Shown here one piece after another: positions 32,502 to 42,777 of a stretch of DNA of 64,000 nt. A program made the position numbers and the translations under genes. The notes under the pieces are model-generated. The model had not been told where the DNA came from. It was given only the letters and a program-made list of their open reading frames with translations, and did no database searches. This stretch comes from an uncultured Acidobacteriota bacterium. Its GTDB lineage: Bacteria; Acidobacteriota; Terriglobia; UBA7540. Where the stretch lies: contig CAWDSK010000001.1 in the NCBI GenBank assembly GCA_963804995.1, forward strand, positions 32,001 through 96,000, read 5' to 3'. How positions within the stretch are numbered: position 1 is the first letter of the stretch; each line of letters opens with the position of its first letter.

Positions 32502-34350
32502 GGGTGGGCGACATAGGGATTGAGATTTGAAGAGTTTCTTTTTTTGTGCTATTAATCCTAACGTATATATACGTTAGGATTAGGAGGCTTATGACCGAGA
32601 CGCTTTCTCAATTGGAAAAGGAAAGAGTTCAGGTAGTGCGGGATATCGCGGGGTTGGGAGATTTTCGCCGGGGCTCGATTAGCGGCATTATGGGGCGCTG
32701 CGGGAAAGCCAACTGCGGCTGCCATCAGCCCGGGCATCCAGGCCACGGACCGAATTTTCGCCTGACCCGTAAGGTTCAAGGTAAAACCGTCTCGGAGACG
32801 TTTCCCAGTCGCGCCGCCTTGCACAAAGCGCAGCGGGAGGTGGATGAGTTTCACAAGTTTCGGGCGCTGAGCGAGACCCTGGTGGAGGTCAACGAAAAGA
32901 TTTGCCAGTTGCGCCCCGTGGCAGGGGAAGAAACTGAGATGAGCGAAGCGGAAAAAAAACGGCGGAAGCGATCCGTCAAGAGATCGCGCGGGAAGTAGAT
33001 CAGCTCTTACGGGTGGTTTTCCAGGATCGGCGCAACAGCGGACGCCTCGACCTGGAAGCGACGGAGATGGCGGTGCGCTCGGCCCTGCACCGGGCGGGCG
33101 CCGCGGCCTTGACGCAACTGCTCCAGTTCCCCGCGCCCCGCGACGAGCCGCGCACCGTGCCTTGCCCTTGTGGCCAACCCGCCCCCTACCACCAACTGCG
33201 CACCAAGCCTGTGCTGACCGCCGTGGGGCCGGTGGAAGTCTCTCGCCCCTACTATTGGTGCCCGAGTTGTCACGCCGGCCAGTTCCCCGCCGATGTCGAA
33301 CTGGACATCGAGAATACGGAATTCTCTCCCGGGGTGCGACGCATGCAGGCGATGGTGGGCCAGGCGGCCCCCTTCGATCAGGGTCGTGAACAGATGAAAG
33401 TTCTCGCCGGCTTGGAGGTGACCGCCAAATCGGTGGAGCGTACGGCGGAAGCCCTCGGGGCCGATATCGCTCAAGGCGAGCACGCGGTGATCCCGCAAGC
33501 CCTACCGGTGGACCTGCCCGCCCTGGCCGGTGCACCGATTCCCATCCTCTATGTGCAAATGGACGGCACGGGCGTGCCGGTAGTGAAGAAAGAAACGGTG
33601 GGTCGTCAGGGCAAAACCGCGGGCCAACCGGCGCATACGCGGGAAGTCAAACTGGGATGTGTATTCACGCAGACGACGTGGGATAAGCAGGGCTACCCGA
33701 TTCGCGCTCCGGATTCCACCCCCTATACCGGCGCCGTCGAGACCGCCGAGGAGTTCGGGCGACGCCTTTATCGGGAAGCCTGGAAACGTGGCTGGAGTCG
33801 TGCCCAAAAGCAGGTGGTGATGGGCGACGGGGCCGAATGGATATGGAATCTGGTCGCCGAGCACTTTCCTGAGGCGATGCCAATTGTTGACCTTTACCAC
33901 GCTCGTCAGCATCTGTGGGAGTTGGCTCGCCGGTTGTACCCCAACGAGGAAGGGAAACAGCGGGGCTGGATGAAGCTCCACCCGAAGCGCCTGCTGGATC
34001 GGGGGAAGATCGAAAGGCTGGTGGGCGTGCTCCGGGCCATCCCATCCCGCAATCCCGAAGTGGCGGAAAAGCTCCGCACCGAGGCAGACTATTTTGAGCG
34101 GAATGCGGAGCGCATGCGCTACCCCAAGTTCCGCCGCCAGCACCTCTTTGTGGGTTCGGGCGTCATCGAAGCCGGATGCAAAACCGTGGTCGCCTCCCGT
34201 CTCAAGCGCTCGGGAATGTTCTGGACCGTCCGCGGAGCCAACGCCATCCTCGCTCTGCGTTGCGCTTATCTCAATGGCCGCTTTGAAGATTACTGGGAAA
34301 GCCGCCGAGCAGCTATGGCCGCTTAGCTCCAACTTCTATGTCGCGCACCC
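32502..34350 (+). mobile_element. ISKra4-family element (small upstream ORF 32591..32998 + transposase to 34326)
   Basis: Terminal inverted repeats GGGTGGGCGACATAG / CTATGTCGCGCACCC; 9-bp target duplication CGGATGGTG; MDGT, GDGAEWI, DLYHA, GSGVIEAGCK. Confidence 0.9.
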
Positions 34351-34457
34351 CGGATGGTGTGGTTGATTGCTCTCCACTTGGAATAGAGGTACTATCGGGG
34401 CTCAACCCTCTGCGAACAAGATGATTTCCGCCACTCAAAGCGGAAGAAGACAGGCCG

Positions 34458-34637
34458 ATGATGGCCTCGCGTCATGATATAGAATCCGCAAGGCTCAGTA
34501 TGCTGGAAGCTCGAAAGGCTCTTGAGGACTACGAAAAGCTTAAGGGCTTTGTTTCGTCTTGCGAACACATAAGGCTAACTCAGGCATTCACCAAAGCCAC
34601 TCAGGCCTACCTAAAGCTTTCAGCGAGCCAACGATGA
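34458..34637 (+). CDS. Small hypothetical helical protein (59 aa)
   Basis: MMASRHDIESARLSMLEARKALEDYEK...; below the ORF-track cutoff. Confidence 0.45.
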   Translation: MMASRHDIESARLSMLEARKALEDYEKLKGFVSSCEHIRLTQAFTKATQAYLKLSASQR

Positions 34638-34754
34638 ATAAGGCTATGGCGCGCCAGCAACCACAGCTGGCATATCTTCGTCGGCATGATTGACTGGTGG
34701 ACTGGGCTCGAACAGATTGCTGAATTCATCGGTTCCTCACGCGGCCTTCCCCAG

Positions 34755-35132
34755 CTAGTTTCTCTCCCGCTTGTCCATCCGGGCCAACACCTGGCCGGTC
34801 AGCAGATCCACGGCGAACACACCGAGCACGGCGACAGCTTCGAAGACCACTCCGGCTAGATGGGTGACAGCGAGGATGGACGCGAAGGCCGTGGTAAGCT
34901 GGATGATTTTGTTCTTGAAGGGGCTGGTCAGCCAGATCACCACGTACATAAGCAGTAAGGCCGGAGCATACATGACCATGACCACCACCAGCCCGGCATC
35001 GATGACGGCCTTACTGAGTCTCCAGAGTGAGGACTTGTGGGGATAGCTCCGGGAGTTCTTCCAAAAGGCCAAGCCCAAGAGGGCTGCCATCAAGGCAGTC
35101 CAGAAGAGCCGGTAACGGGTTACGAGTGACAT
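34755..35132 (-). CDS. Hypothetical membrane protein
   Basis: Three to four hydrophobic segments; AGGAGAGG RBS upstream. Confidence 0.7.
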   Translation of the reverse strand: MSLVTRYRLFWTALMAALLGLAFWKNSRSYPHKSSLWRLSKAVIDAGLVVVMVMYAPALLLMYVVIWLTSPFKNKIIQLTTAFASILAVTHLAGVVFEAVAVLGVFAVDLLTGQVLARMDKRERN

Positions 35133-35188
35133 GCAGCCTCTCCTTTGACATCTATGAGAGTTGCAGCCCAGCGTCAGTGGGACGCCGC

Positions 35189-35419
35189 TTATTCGGTTGC
35201 TGTCTTGGGAGTCGTGCCAGCTTCGTGGGCAGCAGTGAGTTCGGTGTGAAGCAAGTTCTCCGCGAGGTTCCTGACGTTGTTGTTCGCCAAAATCTCATCC
35301 ACGACGAAACTTGGCGCGATTCGTCCTCGGCTCAGCTTGAAAGAGAGCCTGAATTCGGCCAGGGTTTGCTTGGAGGTGCGCGAAGTTCTCTCGGGGTGGG
35401 AACTAGTGTGCGCGCGCAT
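35189..35419 (-). CDS. Hypothetical protein, possibly 5'-truncated by the adjacent IS
   Basis: ORF co-oriented with and upstream of the membrane protein. Confidence 0.35.
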   Translation of the reverse strand: MRAHTSSHPERTSRTSKQTLAEFRLSFKLSRGRIAPSFVVDEILANNNVRNLAENLLHTELTAAHEAGTTPKTATE

Positions 35420-35464
35420 GCGGCGTGTGTATACTATTTGGGACAGGTGAAAAATTGGTCCGGG

Positions 35465-36538
35465 TCAGGCAGCCCGATCGTAACGATGATGCAACCCGCC
35501 GAGTCGCTCCTGAGACAGGACGCGACCTGAGGCTCTGGAACAAGTTCTACAGTTCGGAGTTCCCTTCCCGAGTCCAAGATGCGTGCGATCCTCGTGGTAG
35601 TAGCGGACGTATTCAGAGAGCAGCCGTTTCAGATGGCGTTCATTCACCGCGATAACATGATCCAGTAAGTCTCGTCGGCAACTTTCGACCCAACGCTCCG
35701 CCACACCGTTCAGATCCGGTGAGCGCGGTGGCAGTTTCACCGATTGCACCCCACTGGTTCCGAGAGTTTCCAAGAACTCTGCCGTGAACAGCGGATCCCG
35801 GTCATGGATCAAGTATCGTTTGCCGACCAGGGAGCCTTCCAGAGCGTCAGCGAGATTGCGTGCCACCTGGCTCATCCAGAGTCCATTGGCCTGTCTGGCC
35901 AGTCCGGCGATCTCCACCCTTCGGCTCGCCAAGTCGATTAGGAAGAGCACCAGGAACCTCGTCAAGCCCCTCCGAGTCCAAGCCCCGACGGTGAAGAAGT
36001 CCGCCGCCACCATTACCTCTCGATGTCGCGACAGAAACTCCTTCCAGGTGGTCTTCCGGTTGCGCTCGGACGCCGGTTCCAGACCATGCCCCTTCAGAAT
36101 GTTGGCGATGGTGCTGCGCGCCACCTCATGGCCCAGATTGGCCAGCGCGCCCTGTATCCTCCGGTAGCCCCAGTCCCGGTTCTCCGTGGCCATGCGGATG
36201 ATCAACTGTTGGATCTCATCTTGCACCCGGGGACGTCCGGGGCCACGCTGTCTGCTGCCATCATATTTCCTGGCGATCAGCTTGCGGTGCCAAGCCAGGA
36301 GCGTCTCCGGCGTGACGATGGTGGTCAATTCATGAAGCACGCGCCGGCCCAGTTTCTTGGCCTTGACGGCTAGGCGCCGACGCTGATCGTCGTTCAAGCG
36401 CAGCCGCTTGCTTCCGAGTTGCTCGCGCAGCACCTGGTTCTCTTCCTGCAGGTAGTCCATCACGTCGCGCTGGTGTTGGTTCAAGCAGCCGCCGAGCGAA
36501 ATCAGCAGCAGATGAAATGGATCAAGGGTCAGACGCAT
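35465..36538 (-). mobile_element. Integrase-core transposase gene; element ends not resolved
   Basis: PETLLAWHRKL, ADFFTV, HDRDP, AERWV, GGLHHRY. Confidence 0.8.
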
Positions 36539-36699
36539 CTTGTCAGCCTATCACCCAGAGAGGTACCCGTGACAGCCTCTGACCCGCGGAGGCCTGGGCC
36601 TCTAAGCCGTTGCATTCCAGTGGCATCCAATATTTGGACAGTATGGGGTGGCTACACAAAGTCATTTGTGAGATGGGTAAACATTACTATGATGTTCTT

Positions 36700-36726
36700 C
36701 AAAACCCCCTCTTTCAGGGGGTCTTG
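36700..36726. promoter_or_regulatory. Inverted-repeat operator upstream of the AbiEi-like gene
   Basis: caaaaccccc-N7-gggggtcttg just after a TATGAT -10-like box; perfect version at 21722..21748. Confidence 0.6.
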
Positions 36727-36740
36727 CAACGGAGAATGAC

Positions 36741-37606
36741 ATGGCTTTCACAACTCGGTCTCTATCGCCCCAGGAAAGTAGGGTCGTGCTTGCGCTCAGC
36801 GAGCACGGCCGGCGGGAGACGACGCGAGCGGAAATCGTCGAACTGCTCGGCGTAACCCCCAAAGCGGCCGATCATGTCATTGAATCGCTGCGCCGCAAGG
36901 GCTGGCTCGAACGAGCGACCTGGGGAAAGTATCTCCTTATCCCGCCCGAGCAGGGGCCGGACGCCCTGGGCGACAGCAATCCCTTGGCCCTCGCGAGCCG
37001 CATCACGAGCCGGTACTACTTTGGCTTCGGCACCGCCGCAGCGCACTATGGGCTGACGACTCAGCACCGCAACGTGATCGTTGTTGTAACGCCGCAGCGT
37101 CCGCGCGCGCGCGCCGTCGGCGAATCGCAGGTCCGGGTCGTCAATCAGGCGGAGAGCAAGTTCTTCGGATTCGAGCCGGTCGACGTGCTCGGCTACAAGG
37201 TGATGATCTCCGACCGCGAAAAGACTGCCATCGACTGTATCGATCACCCACCGCTTGCCGGAGGCGTGGGGGAGGCCGCCACCATTCTTGCCACCGCGAG
37301 TCGCCGCTTCGACTGGAACAAGGCGCTGCTGATTACCTCGAACGGATCGGCACCGGCGCGCTGGTGCGCCGATTCGGATGGCTGGCCGACCACATCAAGG
37401 CAGATATTCCGCCCTCGGTGCGCGAGCGCTTGCTTTGGTTGGCGGCGCGAAGCCGCAAAACCTGGCTCGGCGCCGCTCCCGAACACGCTGTGCCGGGCGC
37501 GATCGGTTATGACGAGTCATGGCGTCTGTTCGTGAATGTTACGCGCGAAGAGTCGCACGGCAGTGCCGGGCTAGGCCGTCGCAAAGTCGTGCGTAAGCAA
37601 AGTTAG
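36741..37606 (+). pseudogene. Type IV toxin-antitoxin AbiEi-family antitoxin, frameshifted near 37330
   Basis: N-terminal wHTH (LRRKGWLER..GKY), AAHYGLTTQ, SDREKTAIDC; C-terminus continues in ORF 37364. Confidence 0.8.
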
Positions 37607-37608
37607 GA

Positions 37609-37722
37609 ATGTTCACACAGCCGCAAGCGCAGCGTTACTCCAATGAATCCGGCCTTCGCGACATCATCATCGCGGAGAACGAAGTGGTGCTGACCTTCCT
37701 GCTTCAGCTTCTATCCGAGCAT
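37609..37722 (+). pseudogene. AbiEii-family nucleotidyltransferase toxin, N-terminal stub only
   Basis: Follows the antitoxin directly; IAENEVVLTFLLQLL helix; ends before the KGGT catalytic motif. Confidence 0.6.
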
Positions 37723-37799
37723 GACCTACCCTTTGTCGGCCATAGCCAGAAGGGTGCCGCAGTGCACTGCCTGTCAATGATGGCAGCCTTTGGCCGTCA

Positions 37800-38036
37800 C
37801 TACGAGGGCGACGGCCCGTCGTCATTCACCAGGACTTGAAGCCATGCCTGGATTCCCTGCCCTCGCTTGGCGGAGACGGTAATGATGGGGAGATCGGGGC
37901 GCACGGCCTGAATGTTGCGGGCGGCAGTGGCTGAATCAAATTCCACGGCTCCTGCCAGGTCCCCTTTGGTGATCACCGCCAGGTCGGCAACGTGAAAAAT
38001 GGGCGGATATTTCAGGGGTTTGTCCTCACCCTCGGA
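37800..38036 (-). pseudogene. hypB: HypB nickel-GTPase C-terminal fragment
   Basis: EGEDKPLKYPPIF..VITKGDLA..VSAKRGQGI read by manual translation. Confidence 0.8.
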
Positions 38037-38211
38037 ACGGGCGTGAAGGCGAAGCAGGATTAGCCGGATTATTGAGGAACAAAGGGCACCAGAAATCCTT
38101 GCCCATTTCCTTGTCCAAAACCTTGCCGACTACGCCCGAATGAGGCCTTTTTACCCTACCAATACCGCCGTAATCCGCTGAAAACACTCGGAGCCGACAC
38201 CTGACAAGATA

Positions 38212-38251
<40 letters not shown>

Positions 38252-38490
38252 GTACAGTATTTTCAATAACTTATAAGCGAGATTTGGACAGCCCTTGTCA
38301 TTTTGTTGCCCAAAACTCGCGATCGCGCCTCCATGTCCTTTACGAGTCACTTCCAGTATCCTATTGATTTCACTCATTGGCAAGAGGTGGAAATCCGGGA
38401 TTTGTTATTGACATGCGGACCCAAAACCGCTGCTCATTGGTCACCTTCGACCCTCCTTGCCCCGCTGGGCATGAGACCGGCGCTACCACT

Positions 38491-39833
38491 TGTCCATGGC
38501 GAATTGCTAATTTGCCCGGAATTCCGCGAGGTATCGGTTTCTTGCTACGATACGGAAATGCGCGATCTCGTGATCCTTTTCGTCCATCTCCTCACGACCG
38601 TCGCCCGACTTGCGAGTCCGGGCGGCGTCCGTTCCGTAGTTGCCGAGTCCGTCCTCGTCAAACATCAACTGCTGATCCTCAATCGCTCGCGCCAGCGCGC
38701 TCCCCATCTCCGCCTATCGGATCACACCGTCGCCGGTTGGTGCGCTCTGTTTATGCGGCCGTCCCGGCTGATCCGTTCGGCCATCGTTCTGAAACCTTCG
38801 ACTCTCTTGAGCCTCCAGCAGGCCCTGAGGAACCGAAAGTATCGCCGGCTCTTCTCATCCGAGCGCAAGGGAAGGCCCGGCCCAAAAGGACCCAACAAAG
38901 AACTCATTGAAGCCGTTGTCCAAATGAAGCAGCGCAATCCCACCTGGGGCTGTCCGCGAATTGCTCAACAGATTGCCTGGGCCTTCGACATCCCCATCGA
39001 CAAAGACGTGGTTCGAAGGATTCTCGCCCGTCACTATCGACCGGGACAGGACTCTGGTGGTCCATCTTGGCTGACTTTCATTGGACACCTGAAGGACAGT
39101 CTCTGGAGCGCGGACCTCTTTCGCTGCGAATCGGTAGTGTTGCGGACTCACTGGATATTGGTCGTCATGGATCAGTACACTCGTCGGATCATTGGTTTTG
39201 GCCTGCATGCCGGCGCGGTCGACGGTATCGCCCTTTGCCGAATGTTCAACCACGCCCTTCGAGGCCACCGCTCAATCCCCAAATACCTCAGTTCCGACAA
39301 CGATCCGCTTTATCGGTTTCATCAACGGCAAGCCAACCTGCGAGTCCTGGATGTGGCCGAAATCAAGACCGTGCCCTACGTTCCCTTGTCCCATCCATTT
39401 GTGGAGCGGTTGGACCGCACCCTCCGCCGCGAGTGCTTGGATCGTACGCTGTTCTGGACAACCGCCGATCTCGAGAGCAAGCTGCTCGATTTCAAAACCT
39501 ATTTTAACCATCATCGCACCCATAGCGCACGGGTGGGGCGACCACCAGAGGACGCACCGCCTCGGCCCGTCGCCAACCTCCAATCCTATGATGGGAATCT
39601 CACTGCCGAGGTCTGTATCAAACACCGATAGCCGCCTGATTCCCAAGCAACCTAAAATATCGGCCTCGTGGCATTGATGGCGTCACGTTCGACGCATTGC
39701 GATGCCGAAGTGTAGAAGCAACTGTCTAGGGTCTCGGTGAAGATGGATGAAACGGCGGTCAGATCCGCGTGCCCGCGGCATAACAGGATTGCGAAATGCA
39801 GAAAACCTCAGGACTAGGAATTCGCCAGGGACA
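38491..39833 (+). mobile_element. IS with integrase-core transposase (start 38558; 3'-end frameshift)
   Basis: Terminal inverted repeats TGTCCATGGCGAATT / AATTCGCCAGGGACA; ADLFRCES, SDNDP, HPFVER. Confidence 0.85.
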
Positions 39834-40015
39834 GGCTCTCGAGGCCCTCTCCGCAAGTGCTCAGCGGGTCGCTCGGGGGACCGATCCCTTCAAGGTGCTG
39901 TGCAAATGCTTTCCGAGTGCACAGGCTGGGGAGATTTGAGCCAGCGGTTAGGAACTCAAACTGATTCTCGAAATCCTGGGGACAGGAAACCAGTCCGCGT
40001 TGTCAATGCACAGGT

Positions 40016-40987
40016 TTAAGTTTGCCTAAGCGGCAACAAGAAACAGAATCTGCTCCCGCCGCCTAGTTCGCTTTCCACCCAGATTTTCCCCTCGTGCAGT
40101 TGAACAAGGCGTCGGGCAATAGCCAATCCCAATCCCGCCCCTTGCGTCTGAATCTCATCTCCAGGAACTCTGAAGAAATCTTCAAATATCTCTTGGTGAA
40201 ATTCGGGAGCGATTCCCTTCCCGCTGTCGACCACCGTCACCTGCACGGCATTAGCTCCCGCCGAACCTTCCCCGCGCCGTTCCACCTCGGGGGGGGTGTT
40301 CTTATGGCCGCGCCGCTCCCAGGCGTGCGGCTCTGCCGTCAGCCAGACCGTGCGCCCCGAGGGAGTGAACTTGAGTGAGTTCTCAAGAAGGTTCGATACA
40401 ACCTGTTGGACTTTGAGGCGATCGAATTTGAAAGGCGGTATCTCCGAGTTGGGGTGGAAATACAACGTCACACCCTTCGCAGAAAACTTGTCCATCCAGT
40501 ATCCGCATACCTCGGAAACGCAAGCCCACAAATCCCCGGACTCGAGCCTGAGCATGGCTGGCCCGTTTCCCATGGCGAGAGATCTGTAAGCCAGGAATTC
40601 CTCAGCGAGTTTCTGCAGTCGCGCGCAATTCGACTGAGTTTCTTCGAGGATCTTCCGCTGACGCTCCGTTAGTGGCCCCACTTGTCGGCTGAGCAACATC
40701 TCAACGTAGCCTGAGACAATGGCCAGCGGGTTCTTTATCTCGTGCGCCAACGTTGCCAGCGCTACCGCGCGACTATGGAGTTCCTCCTCCAGGTGTCCGC
40801 GAGCCTCCAATAAGTCCTGGTTAAGCGCAGGGAGAGAAGTGGATGCCTCACCAGTTCTCGGCGTCGTTGACGGACCCGGCGGCTGATCTCCTCTTATCGT
40901 CACGGAGCCTTTGGCCTTCTTGAAGGACTTCACGGACAAACCACGGGACATAGTCTGGACTTTCCTCGCCTGAAACAATTCCGCCAT
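40016..40987 (-). CDS. Cytoplasmic histidine kinase without an obvious sensor domain
   Basis: LAHEIKNPL H-box, NLLENSLKF N-box, DSGKGI, GAGLGLAI. Confidence 0.9.
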   Translation of the reverse strand: MAELFQARKVQTMSRGLSVKSFKKAKGSVTIRGDQPPGPSTTPRTGEASTSLPALNQDLLEARGHLEEELHSRAVALATLAHEIKNPLAIVSGYVEMLLSRQVGPLTERQRKILEETQSNCARLQKLAEEFLAYRSLAMGNGPAMLRLESGDLWACVSEVCGYWMDKFSAKGVTLYFHPNSEIPPFKFDRLKVQQVVSNLLENSLKFTPSGRTVWLTAEPHAWERRGHKNTPPEVERRGEGSAGANAVQVTVVDSGKGIAPEFHQEIFEDFFRVPGDEIQTQGAGLGLAIARRLVQLHEGKIWVESELGGGSRFCFLLPLRQT

Positions 40988-41297
40988 CGTGACACCCGCC
41001 GTGCTCCAGACAGGAAACAGGGAACAGGGAACACGGATCACCGGTCATTCGGCAGGTTTGACATTTTCAAGAACCCTACCACCTTTGGCCTGCCCTCGTC
41101 AAGCGAGCGGAATGCAAAATTCATGCACTCTTGAGAAAATCATTGCAACATGGGTCACTATGTCATCTTTCCCCGCGAAGAAGGTTTCCCAGAGGGCCAC
41201 ACAAACTAAATCTTCTCCGTGTGCTTCTCTCGTCTCTCACAGCAGGGAGTACACGACAGAACGCCTAATTTATTACACTTATTATTTAATAGGCAGT

Positions 41298-42628
41298 CAG
41301 TGCTGTCCCAAGAAAGTTGGGGCGCATCGCCGTAACTGCTTGATCGAAAAGAAGTAAGAGGTCGGGATGTTACTTTTCGATTTCAATTTTCTGCGGCTCT
41401 TTTGGCATCATTCTGTTGTGTCCCAGCCCAAGCCGGAGGCAGCAGATGAATGTTGGTCGCAGTGTTTTCTCGCAACTTTTGGATTTTCTCCCGACCTACC
41501 AGTTCGAGATTTGCGTCGATCGCTACCAGGGCAATCGTTACGTGAAGGACTTCTCTTGTTGGGACCAGTTCCTTTGCTTGCTGTTCGCTCAACTCACTTA
41601 TCGCCGCAGCTTGCGCGATATCGAAGCTTGTCTGCGCGCCCAGCCCTCCAAACTTTATCATATGGGTTTTCGCGGACAAGTTTCGCGCAACACGCTGGCG
41701 CACGCCAACGAGGTTCGCGACTGGCGCATCTACCGCGACTTCGCGCAAGCGTTGATTCACCTCGCGCGCGATCTTTACCGCGAGGAATCTTTCGGCGTGG
41801 ACTTGTCCGAGACCGTGTATGCCTTCGACTCGACCACCATCGATTTGTGCTTGTCGCTCTTCCCTTGGGGAAAGTTCCGCCGGCACAAAAGTGCGGTCAA
41901 ACTACATACCCTGTTGGACGTGCGCGGCAGCATTCCGACCAGTGTTTATGTGACCGGCGGGCAGGTGCACGATGTCAACCTTCTCGACGAACTGTTCCTG
42001 GAACCGGGAGCGCTTTACTTGCTCGACCGCGGTTATGTGGACTTCGCGCGTCTCTATCTGTTCACGCAAGCCTGCGCCTTTTTCGTTACGCGCGCCAAAA
42101 AGAACTTGCAGTTCTACCTGCGCACCTCGCGCCCGGTCGATCGCTCCAGCGGCCTGCGCTGCGACCAAATCATTCGCCTCACCGGCATCCGCACGGCGCA
42201 ACGCTATCCCGATCAACTTCGTCGCATCGTCTTCTACGATGCCGAAAAAGACTCGCGGCTGACCTTCCTGACCAACAACTTTTCCCTGCTTCCCTTGCTC
42301 ATCGCCCAACTCTATCGGGTACGCTGGCAGGTGGAACTGTTCTTTCGCTGGATCAAACAGCACCTCCGCATCAAGGCTTTTTACGGTACCTCCGAGAACG
42401 CCGTGAAGACGCAAGTGTGGGTCGCCCTGGCGGCTTACGTTCTGGTAGCCATCGCCAAAAAGCAACTCGGGCTGGACATGAGTCTCTATCAAATTCTCGA
42501 AATTCTCAGTGTCACGATCTTCGAAAAAACCCCGATTTTAGAGGGTTTTTCCAACTTCAACGAGCAATCTACCGATGTCGATCCAGGTATCCAATTGAGC
42601 CTGTTCGACTTGTAATGGGACAGCACTG
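41298..42628 (+). mobile_element. IS4-family element, transposase 41446..42615
   Basis: Perfect terminal inverted repeat CAGTGCTGTCCCA; 9-bp target duplication ATAGGCAGT; DSTTI, DRGY, YRVRWQVELFF. Confidence 0.95.
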
Positions 42629-42648
42629 ATAGGCAGTATTAACTGGGG

Positions 42649-42686
42649 TGACCTGTTTTGAACACTTAGCTGTCCGGTTTTGAACA
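42649..42686. promoter_or_regulatory. Tandem TG(T/A)-N10-ACA enhancer-like sites
   Basis: tgacctgttttgaaca and tgtccggttttgaaca, 22 bp apart. Confidence 0.45.
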
Positions 42687-42777
42687 GACAGCCTGTGTCC
42701 GAGGCCTGAGTATGCACATTTGCCTGTTAATGCGGTGAGGGGCAGTCCTCTGTTCTCTTGTCCGCCAGGAGGATCCT

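Noticed and set aside
21704..36857. Nearly equal offsets (14978 vs 14980) of the AbiE repeat and the 1..504 repeat
   Set aside because: The repeats differ in divergence and the intervening sequences are unrelated; treated as coincidence
38040..38211. Group I intron in the tRNA(CAT) anticodon loop
   Set aside because: No 3' exon or recognisable intron core was found; the sequence runs into a hypB fragment
41367..42629. 420-aa ORF overlapping the IS4 transposase, plus other long overlapping or antisense ORFs (32558..33535, 62454..63395)
   Set aside because: Shadow ORFs of real genes in GC-rich DNA with no recognisable motifs
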